Source: Vulcanimicrobiales bacterium (lineage in GTDB: Bacteria; Vulcanimicrobiota; Vulcanimicrobiia; Vulcanimicrobiales; Vulcanimicrobiaceae). Taken from it: DNA of 64,000 bases. A program made the position numbers and the translations under genes. The notes beneath the pieces were generated by a model. The model made no database searches, had not been told where the DNA came from, and was given only the letters and a program-made list of their open reading frames with translations. Positions 18,278 to 28,910 of the stretch are shown here, piece by piece. The DNA lies in the NCBI GenBank assembly GCA_038231455.1, contig JBBRLI010000013.1, positions 1 through 64,000 on the forward strand, written 5' to 3'. Positions within the stretch are counted from its first letter, which is position 1; each line of letters begins with the position of its first letter.

Positions 18278-19588
18278 GTGTCCGCGACGACGCTCAAACA
18301 GCTCGATCCGACCCAAGTCGAACTCGAGATCGCAATCTCACCGGACGAGCTGCAAAAAGCGCAAAATGCCGCCTTCAGCAAGCTCGCTCGCAACGTGAAG
18401 ATGCCCGGCTTCCGCCCCGGAAAAGTGCCGCGAAAGATTTTCGAGGCTCAGTATGGCATTGGCGTGATCACCGAACGCGCGATGGAGGACCTGGTCCCCG
18501 AGAAGTACGCCGAGGCCGTCGAGGAGCATAAGCTCGAGCCGATCGCGCGCCCGCAGATGGAGCTGTTGCCTGAAGAAGAAGGCGCGCCGCTGCGTTTCAA
18601 GGCCGTCGTGACCGTCCGCCCGCAGTTCGACCTCAAAGACTATGCCGGCATCGAAGTGACCGAGCAGCCGACCGAAGCCGGTGATGCCGAACTCGAGACG
18701 GCGCTCGAGACGTTGCGCCGCGATGCGGCGACCCTCGTTCCGACCGACCGTGCGGTCCAACTCGGCGATACCGCGACCCTCGACTACATGGGCAAGATCG
18801 ACGAGGTCGCTTTCGATGGCGGCACCGCGACGGGCGAGCCGACCGAGATTCTCGAGTCGCGCTTTATTCCGGGCTTCGCTTCGGGCATCGTTGGCATGAA
18901 AGCGGGCGAGACCAAAGACATCACCGCGCACTTTCCCGATGACTATTCCAATACGGAGTTGGCCGGAAAAGACGCGATTTTCACGATCACCGTCCATGAA
19001 GTCAAAGAACCCGAGATGCCGGTCCTCGATGATGAATTCGCCAAGCGCGTCGCGCGCCTGGACTCGGTCGACGAGCTGAAGACCGATCTGCGCCGCCGCC
19101 TCACGGAGCGCGTTAAAGAAAACGCGCGCCGCGCGCAATCGCAGCAGATTCTCGATCGCTTGCTCGAAACGCACGAAGTCCCGTTGCCGGCCGTTTTGGT
19201 CGAACGCGAGACCGAAGGCCTCATCGATGAGAGCAAACAGTACGTCAGCCGTTTCGGGACGACGTGGGAACAATATCTCGAACAGACCGGCAAAACCGAA
19301 GCGGACGTGCGTGCCGAGTATGCGACCGAAGCCGAGAAGCGCGTGAAGACGACGCTAATCGTCGAGGCGATTGCCAAAGCCGAGGGCGTGCAGGCAACGC
19401 AAGGCGATGTGGAAGCCGAGCTTGCCTCGCTCTCGGCACAATACCAGCAGCCGCCGCAGCGGATTCTCGAAATGATGGGCCAAAATGTCGGCGCACTCGT
19501 CGACGGCGTCGTGCGCACCAAGACCATCGATTTACTGATCGATCGGGCCAAGGTCGTCCCTGCGGCAACCAAACCGTCTGAGAAGTAG
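18278..19588 (+). CDS. tig: Trigger factor
   Basis: SD AGGAG before GTG; ribosome-binding motif [13 protein letters not shown]-like FIPGF domain; upstream of clpP. Confidence 0.95.
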   Translation: MSATTLKQLDPTQVELEIAISPDELQKAQNAAFSKLARNVKMPGFRPGKVPRKIFEAQYGIGVITERAMEDLVPEKYAEAVEEHKLEPIARPQMELLPEEEGAPLRFKAVVTVRPQFDLKDYAGIEVTEQPTEAGDAELETALETLRRDAATLVPTDRAVQLGDTATLDYMGKIDEVAFDGGTATGEPTEILESRFIPGFASGIVGMKAGETKDITAHFPDDYSNTELAGKDAIFTITVHEVKEPEMPVLDDEFAKRVARLDSVDELKTDLRRRLTERVKENARRAQSQQILDRLLETHEVPLPAVLVERETEGLIDESKQYVSRFGTTWEQYLEQTGKTEADVRAEYATEAEKRVKTTLIVEAIAKAEGVQATQGDVEAELASLSAQYQQPPQRILEMMGQNVGALVDGVVRTKTIDLLIDRAKVVPAATKPSEK

Positions 19589-19662
19589 TCTCTCACCTAT
19601 ACGGGTCGCGGTCGAACGCGAACGAAAATCAAATCGGCGGCTCCGGCCGCAGAGGGAGTAGC

Positions 19663-20289
19663 ATGGGTCACCTGGTTCCGATGGTTGTCGAACAGAGCGC
19701 GCGCGGCGAACGCTCGTACGACATCTATTCACGTTTGCTCAAAGAACGCATCATTTTCGTGCACGGTCCGATCGACGATTCGATCGCTAGCCTCGTGATC
19801 GCCCAGCTGCTCTTCCTCGAACGCGAAGATGCGGATAAAGATATCGATATGTACGTGAACAGCCCGGGCGGCAGCGTGACCGCGGGCCTGGCGATTTACG
19901 ACACGATGCAGCTCATTAAGCCGGATGTGGCGACGATCTGCGCGGGCATGGCCGCCTCGATGGGCTCGATTTTGCTCACCGGCGGTGCTCAAGGCAAGCG
20001 CTACGCGCTACCTTACGCCAAGATCCTCATCCACCAGCCGTGGGTCCAGCAAGTGGGTGGTCAGGCCACCGACATTGAAATCCACGCACGCGACCTGATC
20101 GCGACCCGTCGGAGCCTTGCCGGCATCTACGAAGAAACCACCAAGAAGCCGGTGGATACCATTCTCAAGGACATCGAGCGCGACTATTACATGACGGCGC
20201 AAGAAGCTCTCGATTACGGCCTGGTGGATCACATCATTCGTAAAGAGAACCGGACCGTCACACCAAACAGTCCCACGACGTCACTCTAA
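19663..20289 (+). CDS. clpP: ATP-dependent Clp protease proteolytic subunit
   Basis: [30 protein letters not shown]. Confidence 0.97.
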   Translation: MGHLVPMVVEQSARGERSYDIYSRLLKERIIFVHGPIDDSIASLVIAQLLFLEREDADKDIDMYVNSPGGSVTAGLAIYDTMQLIKPDVATICAGMAASMGSILLTGGAQGKRYALPYAKILIHQPWVQQVGGQATDIEIHARDLIATRRSLAGIYEETTKKPVDTILKDIERDYYMTAQEALDYGLVDHIIRKENRTVTPNSPTTSL

Positions 20290-20322
20290 TCCAAAGATAC
20301 ACGAAGTCACTGCGGGGCGCGG

Positions 20323-21582
20323 ATGTTTCGATTCGGCGATGAAAAAGGTCAACTGAAGTGCAGCTTCTGCGGGAAGTCGCAGGAGCAGGTCCGCAAGTTG
20401 ATTGCCGGCCCCGGCGTGTACATTTGCGATGAGTGCATCGAGCTCTGCAACGAAATTATCGAAGAAGAGCTCTACAAGAACGTTGATGAGAACCTTCGGC
20501 TGCGGAATATTCCGAAGCCGAAAGAAATCAACCATATCCTCAACCAGTACGTGATCGGCCAAGAACGCGCGAAGAAATCGCTTGCGGTCGCGGTATACAA
20601 CCACTACAAACGCGTCAACGCCGGCAGCTCGTCCGACGACGTCGAACTACAGAAGTCGAACATCTTGCTCGTCGGCCCGACGGGTTCGGGCAAGACGTAT
20701 CTCGCGCAAACGCTTGCGAAGATTCTCGACGTTCCGCTCGCGATGGCCGATGCCACTTCGCTGACCGAAGCGGGCTATGTTGGTGAGGATGTCGAGAACA
20801 TTCTGCTCAAGCTCATTCAGGCCGCCGACTACGACGTCAAGCGCGCCGAAAAGGGCATCGTCTACATCGATGAGATCGATAAGATCGCTCGCAAGAGTGA
20901 GAATCCGTCGATTACTCGCGATGTTTCGGGCGAAGGCGTACAGCAGGCACTGCTCAAGATTCTCGAAGGTACGACCGCGAACGTTCCGCCGCAGGGCGGA
21001 CGCAAGCATCCGCATCAAGAGTTCATCCAGATCGACACGACCAATGTGCTCTTCATATGCGGCGGCGCTTTCGATGGCCTCGAACGTATTATCGAAGGCC
21101 GCGTCGCATCGAATTCGCTCGGTTTCCGCTCGAATCCCGAGTCGAAGAAGGCCGATCGCACCGGCAAGTTGCTCGTGCAGCTAATGCCCGAAGATCTGCT
21201 CAAGTTCGGGCTGATCCCGGAATTCATCGGCCGTCTGCCGATCGTCGTCACGCTCGATGCGCTCGACGAACTTGCGCTGCGCCGCATCCTCGTCGAACCG
21301 CGAAACGCCCTGGTTCGCCAGTTCCAAAAGATCATGGCGATGGACGGCGTGGAACTCACGTTCACCAAAGAGGCCCTCGTCGCGATTGCAACGCGTGCCC
21401 AAGGTCGCAAGACCGGTGCGCGCGGCCTGCGCTCGATTCTCGAAGAAGTCATGCTCGATGTCATGTACGATCTGCCGAGTCTCACCGGCGTGAAGAAGTG
21501 CGTGATCAATAAAGAAGTGATCGAGAAGAAAGAGCAGCCGACGCTGATCTACGCCGACCGCCCCAAAGACCAAAGCGCATAA
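20323..21582 (+). CDS. clpX: Clp protease ATP-binding subunit
   Basis: Zinc finger CSFCGK...CDEC, Walker [12 protein letters not shown] loop, LGF loop. Confidence 0.97.
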   Translation: MFRFGDEKGQLKCSFCGKSQEQVRKLIAGPGVYICDECIELCNEIIEEELYKNVDENLRLRNIPKPKEINHILNQYVIGQERAKKSLAVAVYNHYKRVNAGSSSDDVELQKSNILLVGPTGSGKTYLAQTLAKILDVPLAMADATSLTEAGYVGEDVENILLKLIQAADYDVKRAEKGIVYIDEIDKIARKSENPSITRDVSGEGVQQALLKILEGTTANVPPQGGRKHPHQEFIQIDTTNVLFICGGAFDGLERIIEGRVASNSLGFRSNPESKKADRTGKLLVQLMPEDLLKFGLIPEFIGRLPIVVTLDALDELALRRILVEPRNALVRQFQKIMAMDGVELTFTKEALVAIATRAQGRKTGARGLRSILEEVMLDVMYDLPSLTGVKKCVINKEVIEKKEQPTLIYADRPKDQSA

Positions 21583-21617
21583 GAAAAATGGCGGCCATAC
21601 GGCCGTCATTTTCTTAT
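21579..21617 (+). terminator. Intrinsic (possibly bidirectional) terminator after clpX
   Basis: ATAAGAAAAATGGCGGCC-ATAC-GGCCGTCATTTTCTTAT. Confidence 0.75.
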
Positions 21618-21639
21618 CACATCCAGGTGGAAAAATCCG

Positions 21640-22236
21640 ATGAGTGATATGGCAAACGCACCGGCATTCACTACCCACCTCATCACGGTCGACGAATACC
21701 ACCGCATGGCTGAGGGCGGCGTGTTCGATCCCGATACGCGCATCGAGCTCATCGATGGCGAGTTGATCGAGCGCATGAGCCCCGCAAATCCACCGCATGC
21801 GAGTACCATCGACCGCATTACTCGGCGATTTTACTCCGCATTTTCCGACCTTGCCACGATACGCATTCAAAGCCCGATTACACTCGGACCGCTCTCGGAA
21901 CCGGAGCCTGACCTGGCGCTTGTCGCAAAAGATGCACATGAATACGAGCGTCATCACCCCGGCATTGAGGACGTCTTCCTAGTCGTTGAAGTCTCTGACA
22001 GCACGCTTGCGAGTGACCGTCGCAAGAAAATGCCATTCTACGCGCGTCAACACGTTACGGAAGTCTGGCTGATCGATCTTGTTCACATGTGCCTGCACGT
22101 ATATCGGGATCCGAAAGCAGGGACGTACTCAAACGTCCGGCGCTTCGAACGTGGAGAGCGCGTCGCTACGCTTGCGTTTCCGACCGTCGTCCTCGAAGTG
22201 GCTGAACTCTTGCCGAAATTTATCGATGTTTCGTAA
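21640..22236 (+). CDS. Uma2-family putative restriction-fold endonuclease
   Basis: ITVDEYHRM, RIELIDGEL, SEPEPDL, VVEVSDST, YARQHVTEVWLIDL. Confidence 0.88.
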   Translation: MSDMANAPAFTTHLITVDEYHRMAEGGVFDPDTRIELIDGELIERMSPANPPHASTIDRITRRFYSAFSDLATIRIQSPITLGPLSEPEPDLALVAKDAHEYERHHPGIEDVFLVVEVSDSTLASDRRKKMPFYARQHVTEVWLIDLVHMCLHVYRDPKAGTYSNVRRFERGERVATLAFPTVVLEVAELLPKFIDVS

Positions 22237-22278
22237 GCGCGAGTGACGACGGACGAGATCTTCGGGTAGAGGGACGGT

Positions 22279-22554
22279 ATGCGAATCGCTTATGAGTACC
22301 GATTTCATTCAGTAAACGTTCACGACGGGGATGTAGCCCCGGATGCCACGCTCGATCTCTTAGGGTCGCAGGGCTGGCAAATGGTTGGGATTACGACGAC
22401 GGCCGGTGGACTCGTTTGCGCCTTACAGCGCGTCTTGGCGGAAGATCAAGGATTGCCGGATCGTGGGACACTCGCTGCGGCGCTTGTCGAACCGCTCGCC
22501 GTGCCGGACGCATTAGAAGAACCATCGCGGACGACGGCGCCAAACGAGGGATAG
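22279..22554 (+). CDS. Small hypothetical protein (DUF4177-like)
   Basis: SD GAGGG; pattern YEYRF...LDLLGSQGWQMVG...LQR. Confidence 0.55.
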   Translation: MRIAYEYRFHSVNVHDGDVAPDATLDLLGSQGWQMVGITTTAGGLVCALQRVLAEDQGLPDRGTLAAALVEPLAVPDALEEPSRTTAPNEG

Positions 22555-22625
22555 CCTCATCGAGCGGTAGCGCTCGACGCTGCATCCGCACGGATGTTCG
22601 ATCTTCGAGCGAGAAAGCGCGCGCG

Positions 22626-23825
22626 ATGACAAGCGCGATGATCGATCTCTATTGCCCGAAGTGCGGAGCGCGCTATAGCGCCGATGAACGCCGACAGCTT
22701 TGCACGTTTGAAGGAGCCCCGCTGCTGGTTGATTACGATCTCGCCAAAGCGGCAAAGACGATGACGAAAGCGTCGCTTGCGGGCCGGGAGCCGAGCATGT
22801 GGCGCTATAGCGAACTCTCGCCGCTGCGCGATCCGGCAGCGCGTGTGTCGCTCGGTGAAATGATGACGCCGATAATTGATCTGCCGCGACTCTCGCAAAA
22901 ATACGGTATCGCGCTCTCGCTCAAGGACGAAGCGTTGCTGCCGACCGGGTCTTTCAAAGCGCGTGGTGCTGCCGTCGGTGTCTCACGCGCGAAGGAACTG
23001 GGTGTAACGGAGCTTGCGATGCCGACGAACGGCAATGCCGGCGGCGCATGGGGTGCCTATGCCGCGCGCGCGGGTATTCGCGCTCACGTGATCATTCCGC
23101 AAGGTGCACCCGCCGTGAATCGACTCGAAGCCGTAATGACGGGCGCCGATGTTCGCTTGATAGACGGACTGATCAGCGATGCGGGACGCGTCGTTGCAAA
23201 AGAAGTCGCCGAACACGGTTGGTACGATGCCTCGACGCTCAAAGAACCGTATCGGATCGAGGGGAAGAAGACGATCGGCCTCGAGCTTGCCGAGCAATTC
23301 GGGTGGGACGTTCCCGATGCGATCGTCTATCCTACCGGCGGCGGGGTCGGCTTAATCGGCATCGACAAAGCTTTGCGCGAATTGTACGCGATGGGCCTGA
23401 TCGGACCGCGTATGCCGAAGATGATCGCCGTGCAGGCCAGCGGCTGCGCACCGATCGTCAAAGCGTTCGACGAAGGCGCCAAAGAATCGGTGATGTGGCA
23501 GAATGCCCATAGCGTGGCCTTTGGCGTCAACGTTCCAAAGGCGCTCGGTGATTTTCTCGTGCTCGAATCCATCGCGCGGACGGGCGGGGCGGCCGTGGCG
23601 GTCGAGGATGACGAACTGCTCGAACGACAGCGTGAGATCTCAGCCGCTGAAGGCGTCTTCGTATGTCCGGAGGGCGGTGCGGTTCTTGCCGGTGCGCTTG
23701 CGCTCTTGCGCCGTGGAGTAATCCAACCGGGGGATCGGGTGCTGCTCATCAACACGGCGACCGGTCTCAAGTATCCCGACATCCCATATGCGACGCCACC
23801 GTTCGTTGAGCGTCAAGGCGCCTAG
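22626..23825 (+). CDS. thrC: Threonine synthase-like PLP enzyme
   Basis: N-terminal CPKC, PLP lysine PTGSFKARG, TNGNAG, PTGGGVG, TGLKY. Confidence 0.8.
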   Translation: MTSAMIDLYCPKCGARYSADERRQLCTFEGAPLLVDYDLAKAAKTMTKASLAGREPSMWRYSELSPLRDPAARVSLGEMMTPIIDLPRLSQKYGIALSLKDEALLPTGSFKARGAAVGVSRAKELGVTELAMPTNGNAGGAWGAYAARAGIRAHVIIPQGAPAVNRLEAVMTGADVRLIDGLISDAGRVVAKEVAEHGWYDASTLKEPYRIEGKKTIGLELAEQFGWDVPDAIVYPTGGGVGLIGIDKALRELYAMGLIGPRMPKMIAVQASGCAPIVKAFDEGAKESVMWQNAHSVAFGVNVPKALGDFLVLESIARTGGAAVAVEDDELLERQREISAAEGVFVCPEGGAVLAGALALLRRGVIQPGDRVLLINTATGLKYPDIPYATPPFVERQGA

Positions 23826-23830
23826 CCGGG

Positions 23831-23846
23831 TGTGATCCGCATCATA
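23831..23846. promoter_or_regulatory. CRP-type binding site upstream of the pilus operon
   Basis: TGTGA-TCCGCA-TCATA, a 9/10 match to TGTGA-N6-TCACA. Confidence 0.5.
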
Positions 23847-24005
23847 CCATCGCCGCGTGGTTGCTTAAAAGAAACGTAATTGCGTAGTAAAGATACGGGT
23901 AAAACGTCCCCTTGCTCTATTGCTTCGCAATCTGAGCGCCGATTTATTCGTTGATACACTAGAGCGCGTCTCCTTAGAAGCCGCGCCCCTTCTGATGGAG
24001 TCATC

Positions 24006-24527
24006 GTGAAAAAGTCATTCATCAACGCCACCGCCGCCCGCGCCGCCGCCCTCGTGCTCGTGCTTACTTCAGCTGCGATCCTTCCGGCTAACGCCGCGAC
24101 CGCCCCGGGCACCGTTGCCGTCAGCGCCAACGTCGCGACCAACTGTACCCTCGGTGCTAGCACCATGCCTTTCGGTACGTACGATCCCTTGGTCGCCAAC
24201 TTTGCAGCGAATCTCGACGTCTCGGGCTCACTGCTGATCGCTTGTACCAAAGGTACGCCTGCGACCCTCACGCTCGATGTAGGCGCGAACTCGACGCACG
24301 CCGTGGGTACGACCCGTGCCATGGTCGCCGGCGGTTCCAACTACCTCAGCTACGAGCTGTACACGCTTACGGGTCGGACGACCGTCTGGAACACCGTCAA
24401 TAGCGTTGCGTACAACTCGGTTGGCAAGGCACAACAGACCGTCTCGATCTTCGGACGCGTCCCCGGTGGCCAAGATGCCAGCAGCGGTGCGTACGCCGAT
24501 ACCGTGAATGCTACCGCGACGTTCTAA
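24006..24527 (+). CDS. Spore coat U / CsuA/B-like major pilin
   Basis: Signal peptide, NCTL..FGTYDP, ACTKGT, LSYELY, GRVPGGQ, GAYADTV. Confidence 0.88.
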   Translation: MKKSFINATAARAAALVLVLTSAAILPANAATAPGTVAVSANVATNCTLGASTMPFGTYDPLVANFAANLDVSGSLLIACTKGTPATLTLDVGANSTHAVGTTRAMVAGGSNYLSYELYTLTGRTTVWNTVNSVAYNSVGKAQQTVSIFGRVPGGQDASSGAYADTVNATATF

Positions 24528-24561
24528 GTCCACGCGAACGCTCAATGGGACGCGCCTGCAA

Positions 24562-25293
24562 ATGGCGCGTCTCTTTGTCTTTGCCCTGGGGCTCATCGCG
24601 CTGTTGCCGCTCGCCGCGCGCGCGGGCACCTTTCAAGTCTCGCCGATTCTGCTCTCCATCTCCAAATTTGGAGACGTCGCGATTACGAATACGACGTCCG
24701 TACCGATGCGTTTCTCGATTAAAGGATCTGAATGGACGCAGACCGCGACCGAACGGATGAAAAAAACCGATACCGACAAGGTCGTCTACTTCCCGCAGGT
24801 CTTTACGCTTGGAGCCGGCGAGACGCAGCGCATTCGGGTCGGAATGAGTGACCCCGCGACGGCGCTCGAGCGGGCGTACCGTCTGCTCATTGCTGAATTG
24901 CCGCCGTTCAATCCGCTGCAAGTCCACGGCCCGACCTTGACGTTTCTCTCGCGCGCCGACATTCCGGTCTTCGCGCAGCCGACGGGGACGGCCGCTGCGA
25001 ATCCCGCAATCGACCGGCTCACGAACACGACCGAAAACGTAAATATTCTGGTGACAAACGAGGGCAACGCGCACACGATGCCCTCGCAGATCGCGCTCAC
25101 CGGCCGCGACGCGGCGGGAAAATCGATTTGGACCGGAAGCGGCGATGTCTGGTACGTGCTTGCCAAGAGTGCGCAGACAGCATCGATCGCGGTTCCCGCC
25201 GCAACCTGCAGCCGCATCAAATCGTTCGATGCCGTATGGCACGTCGATGGGCGCACCATTTCGCGAACGCTCGCGAACGGAACGTGTCGTTAA
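24562..25293 (+). CDS. Periplasmic pilus chaperone (CsuC/PapD-like)
   Basis: Signal peptide, VSPI, FPQVFTL, TQRIRVG, ERAYRLLIAELP, IPVF, NEGNAH. Confidence 0.85.
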   Translation: MARLFVFALGLIALLPLAARAGTFQVSPILLSISKFGDVAITNTTSVPMRFSIKGSEWTQTATERMKKTDTDKVVYFPQVFTLGAGETQRIRVGMSDPATALERAYRLLIAELPPFNPLQVHGPTLTFLSRADIPVFAQPTGTAAANPAIDRLTNTTENVNILVTNEGNAHTMPSQIALTGRDAAGKSIWTGSGDVWYVLAKSAQTASIAVPAATCSRIKSFDAVWHVDGRTISRTLANGTCR

Positions 25294-25299
25294 GCGGCG

Positions 25300-27600
25300 A
25301 TGACACCCCTCGCTTGGATCCGCCGCGCCTTCGCGCTTGCGATCGTTCTCTCGCTCGTCGCTCCGCTCGCCGCACTCGCGGCCGACCGGGTCTACGTCGA
25401 ATGGTCGGTCAACGGCCTCACACGCGAGCCGGTGCTGGTTGTCTTCCGTAATGACGACGTCTTGGTCGAACGCGGCGATTTAACCGCCGCCGAAATTCCG
25501 CTCGACCGACACACCGGCGAGCGGATCTTCGACCACGAGTATCTATCGCTAACGTCGCTCAGCGAAATCCTCACCTACGTCCTCGACCGCAAGACGCTCG
25601 AATTACGCGTGTCGCTCAAGGCGCGCGCATTGCAGCGTCGCTCGGCGGATCTCGGTTCCGTTGAGCCGACCGATGTGAGCGTCGCGGCCACACGCAGCCT
25701 CGTGCTGAATTACGGCGTCCACGACGACAGCGTCGCCGGATTTAGCGGATCGCTCGAAGCGCGCGTCAATCTCGCGCGGGGAGTGCTCTTCGATGCAAGC
25801 GCCGTGAAGGATGAGGGGGCGACGCTGCGACGCGGCATCGCGAACCTCACCTTCGATGTGCCCGCACATCTTCGTCGCACCATCATCGGCGATACGATCG
25901 CCGGCGGCGCGGATCTCGGAGGCGGCGCGCTGCTCGGCGGGGTGACGGTGCGTCGGCAGTTCGATGAGAACCCGTACGTCATCACCTATCCGTTGCCGTC
26001 ATTACAGGCGACCGTCCTACAACCGACGCGCGCTGATTTTTTCGTGAACGGCGTGCTCGTAAAATCAATCGAGCTCGCCCCCGGAACGTACGATCTCAAT
26101 AATCTTCCGTTGCGTTCCGGTATTTCGCACGCACAGGTGGAGCTCCATTCCGCCGGCGGTACGCAGTTGCTGCTCGACTCCGTTCTCTACGGATCGGCGG
26201 GGCTGTTGCGCAAAGGTCTGACCGACTACAGCTACTCGGCGGGCGCGGTACGCAACGACGTCGAGAGCGCCGGAGATTCGTATGGCGAGCGTGCCGTCTC
26301 TGGCCGGTATCGACTCGGACTAACGAATCAATCGACGCTCGGAGCGCATGTGGAATCGACGCCGCATCTCGCCGATGCCGGGATCGAGTATGACGGAGCG
26401 CTTGCGCGCGGCGACGTGCATACCGCCGTTGCGTCGAGTAACAACGGTGGCATCGCGGGGATGGCCGCGACGGCGGGGTACTTCAGCGCCGGAATCAGCG
26501 GCGGCTTCAGCATCCTTGCGCGAATACAAACCGCGCACTTCAGCACGCTGAGTTTGCGCGCTGCCGACGACCGCGCGCTCTCGCAATTCGCCGTCTCCGC
26601 GGCGCGCGGGCTGCCCGGTCGTATCAGCGCCTCGTTTAGCCTGCAGGCAACGCAATACCGCGATAGCGGCAACGTGCAGACCGCGGTCATCGCCCTGCAG
26701 CGCTACGTGCACGATTTCAATGGAATACTCAGTTACACGGCCAACCGGCGTTCAGCCACTGGCGGCGCGCTCGCGAGCAGCGTCCAATTCTCGCTTGGAC
26801 GCGCGATCGGGCGCTCCGGGTACGCATCCGTAACCTCACAAGCCGATGACACCTCGAGAACGACGCTGCAAATCCAACGCTCCGCGACCTCGCCGCTCGA
26901 TACGCAATATTCGCTCGCACTGAGCAACAATCCATATGCGCCCGTGGGTGGAAACCTCCAAACGGGGTTTGCATTTGCAACCATCGGAGCCGCCGTGAAC
27001 GGAACCGGAAACGGTCGATATACGGAAGCGTTGAACCTGAGCGGATCGATCGTGCGGGTCGGCGCCGTGACGCTTTTCAGCCAGCCGATCCCCGATGCGT
27101 ACGCAATCGTCGAAGCACCCGGAATGGGCGGTGCAAACGTCACGTTGAACAACCAGATCGTCGCGCGGACGAATCGGGCGGGATACGCGGTCGTCCCGGG
27201 GCTTGGGTCGTACCTTCCCAGTATCGTCGGCATTTCCGATGTGAATCTGCCTTTTGATGAGTTGGTCGGCGGCGATCAACGTATCGCGCCCGGTTTCAAG
27301 GGCGCGGGCATCGTTCGCTACGCCTCGCATCGCGAACACGGAATCGTTGGATCGGCGCAGGTCCGTCGAACGGGCCGCGGCGAGCCGGCCGCGTACGGAC
27401 AGATCGAATTGCGTTTGGGTAAGGTCATCCAGACCTCACCGACCGATGCCGACGGACGATTTTATTTCGAACATCTGGCAACCGGTGTGTACGAAGCAAC
27501 GATCTCGGACACATACGGCGTGCGCTGCACCGCACAGGTGCGCATCCCAGAGTTTTCGGGCGCGCAATTCTCACTGGGGACAGTCACATGCGTCGAGTAG
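25300..27600 (+). CDS. Outer-membrane usher (CsuD/PapC-like)
   Basis: GGALLGGV, FVNG, LLRKGLTDYSYSAG, YRLGLTN, TNRAGY, C-terminal Cys pair; 766 aa. Confidence 0.88.
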   Translation: MTPLAWIRRAFALAIVLSLVAPLAALAADRVYVEWSVNGLTREPVLVVFRNDDVLVERGDLTAAEIPLDRHTGERIFDHEYLSLTSLSEILTYVLDRKTLELRVSLKARALQRRSADLGSVEPTDVSVAATRSLVLNYGVHDDSVAGFSGSLEARVNLARGVLFDASAVKDEGATLRRGIANLTFDVPAHLRRTIIGDTIAGGADLGGGALLGGVTVRRQFDENPYVITYPLPSLQATVLQPTRADFFVNGVLVKSIELAPGTYDLNNLPLRSGISHAQVELHSAGGTQLLLDSVLYGSAGLLRKGLTDYSYSAGAVRNDVESAGDSYGERAVSGRYRLGLTNQSTLGAHVESTPHLADAGIEYDGALARGDVHTAVASSNNGGIAGMAATAGYFSAGISGGFSILARIQTAHFSTLSLRAADDRALSQFAVSAARGLPGRISASFSLQATQYRDSGNVQTAVIALQRYVHDFNGILSYTANRRSATGGALASSVQFSLGRAIGRSGYASVTSQADDTSRTTLQIQRSATSPLDTQYSLALSNNPYAPVGGNLQTGFAFATIGAAVNGTGNGRYTEALNLSGSIVRVGAVTLFSQPIPDAYAIVEAPGMGGANVTLNNQIVARTNRAGYAVVPGLGSYLPSIVGISDVNLPFDELVGGDQRIAPGFKGAGIVRYASHREHGIVGSAQVRRTGRGEPAAYGQIELRLGKVIQTSPTDADGRFYFEHLATGVYEATISDTYGVRCTAQVRIPEFSGAQFSLGTVTCVE

Positions 27601-28055
27601 CGCTCGCTCTCGCACTCATCTGCGTCTTGTGCCGGCCCGCGATCGCCGGGCCGCTTAGCTGTTCTGAGACCGCTACAAGCGGCCTGATCTTTACGAACGC
27701 ATATAACGTGTACGCTCTCACCACGTACAGTGTCACGGCGACGGTCGGCGTGACTTGCAACAAAAATAACGTCCCTTATACGATATCGGCCAACGCCGGG
27801 ATGCATAGTGTGGCGCTTCCGAATCGAGACTTGAAGTACGTCAGCGGGGCGGACGTACTTCCCTACTTCCTCTACACCACTGCCGCGCACACGACGGTTT
27901 TTGGTGACGGAACCAACGGCACGGCAATCATCAACGCAAATAACCCAAGTTCTGGTACGCAGTATACAACCAGCATCTACGGAACGCTGGCGGCGGGTGC
28001 CGACGTGACGGCCGGTAGTTATACGGATACGGTCACGCTGACCGTCACGTATTAA
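27588..28055 (+). CDS. Second spore coat U domain pilin (single domain)
   Basis: Signal peptide, Cys pair, LPYFLY, IYGTL, AGSYTDTVTLTVTY. Confidence 0.82.
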   Translation: MRRVALALALICVLCRPAIAGPLSCSETATSGLIFTNAYNVYALTTYSVTATVGVTCNKNNVPYTISANAGMHSVALPNRDLKYVSGADVLPYFLYTTAAHTTVFGDGTNGTAIINANNPSSGTQYTTSIYGTLAAGADVTAGSYTDTVTLTVTY

Positions 28056-28061
28056 TATCGA

Positions 28062-28328
28062 CTAACGCTTTTTCGTGACTTCGACGGTTGCGTGGAGTTC
28101 GCTCTCGTGACCGTCGGCATCGATCACGACGTTCCAATGACCGTCGCCGGGTGCTGCAAGAACGACCGGACTCGTGCGCGCATGACCGCCGATGAACTGA
28201 TATTGGGCTTTTGATTTGAACAGCTTGAAGTTTGCGTCATCCATCAAACGCACGTTGGCTTGATGATCGAGCGTCACCCGGATTGCATCGCCTTCGCGCA
28301 ATTTAAAGTGATAGTGAAGAATCTGCAT
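28062..28328 (-). CDS. DUF1883-family small protein
   Basis: VTLDHQANVRLMDDANF, GGHARTSPV, GHWNVVID. Confidence 0.7.
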   Translation of the reverse strand: MQILHYHFKLREGDAIRVTLDHQANVRLMDDANFKLFKSKAQYQFIGGHARTSPVVLAAPGDGHWNVVIDADGHESELHATVEVTKKR

Positions 28329-28433
28329 TCGAACCTCAAGCCGATATTAAATTTAGATTACCCCGAAACACGCTCGCTCACGCATCGGTATCTTGGGCGA
28401 CAACCTCTCACCGGTTCAAGAAAGTAGCGCAAG

Positions 28434-28748
28434 ATGATCAATCTCACGCGTGCGACGCTCGTCGCCTGCGGTGTCTTTACCATTGCCGTCTCGTCGGCGC
28501 TCCCGGCGGTCGCCTCGGATTCGGGAATCGTTTCGTTTCGCTGCGCCTCCGCTGATGCCGGGTGCAACGTCGAAATACGATTGGGCACCCTGGATAGCCC
28601 CGATCAGGCGGCCCCGTACGGCTCAAAACACATCGACAAAGACTCCACCTGGGACGTCGATTCCGGCGGCCTCTACGTGTTTTACAAAGGCAAAGACGGC
28701 TCGTGGCAGCGCGTTGCCGGAAATCGCGATTCGAAAATCGACCTCTGA
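28434..28748 (+). CDS. Small secreted hypothetical protein
   Basis: Signal peptide ending AVA, Cys pair, host-like codon usage. Confidence 0.55.
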   Translation: MINLTRATLVACGVFTIAVSSALPAVASDSGIVSFRCASADAGCNVEIRLGTLDSPDQAAPYGSKHIDKDSTWDVDSGGLYVFYKGKDGSWQRVAGNRDSKIDL

Positions 28749-28774
28749 TTTGTCGTGAAATGTGCGGGTCGCTC

Positions 28775-28804
28775 TTGACAGCGGCCTGCACATCCCGGTA
28801 GGCT
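28775..28804 (+). promoter_or_regulatory. sigma70 promoter of the aromatic leader / DAHP synthase
   Basis: TTGACA-18 nt-TAGGCT; leader ATG 7 nt downstream. Confidence 0.7.
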
Positions 28805-28811
28805 CAGCGTA

Positions 28812-28874
28812 ATGAACGCGAAGTGGTTTAGCTACTGGTATTTTACGTCGCTCCAACGGATCGGCGCCGGTTAG
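28812..28874 (+). CDS. Aromatic-amino-acid attenuator leader peptide MNAKWFSYWYFTSLQRIGAG
   Basis: Six of seven consecutive codons are Trp/Phe/Tyr; lies upstream of a terminator and DAHP synthase. Confidence 0.85.
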   Translation: MNAKWFSYWYFTSLQRIGAG

Positions 28875-28910
28875 CGTTTTCTCACTTCTTCGATAGCGAT
28901 TTTGAGAACA

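Noticed and set aside
21640-22236. Uma2 nuclease as a defence system or mobile element
   Set aside because: It is solitary, with no methylase, repeats or transposase, and the family is commonly scattered in such genomes.
22555-22625. Possible Thr attenuator before thrC (small hairpins), and likewise before aroC
   Set aside because: No leader ORF with regulatory codons and no U-tailed terminator.
23850-24005. c-di-GMP riboswitch or sigma28 promoter upstream of the pilus operon
   Set aside because: The conserved riboswitch motifs could not be matched, and GCCGAT lacks a properly spaced TAAA.
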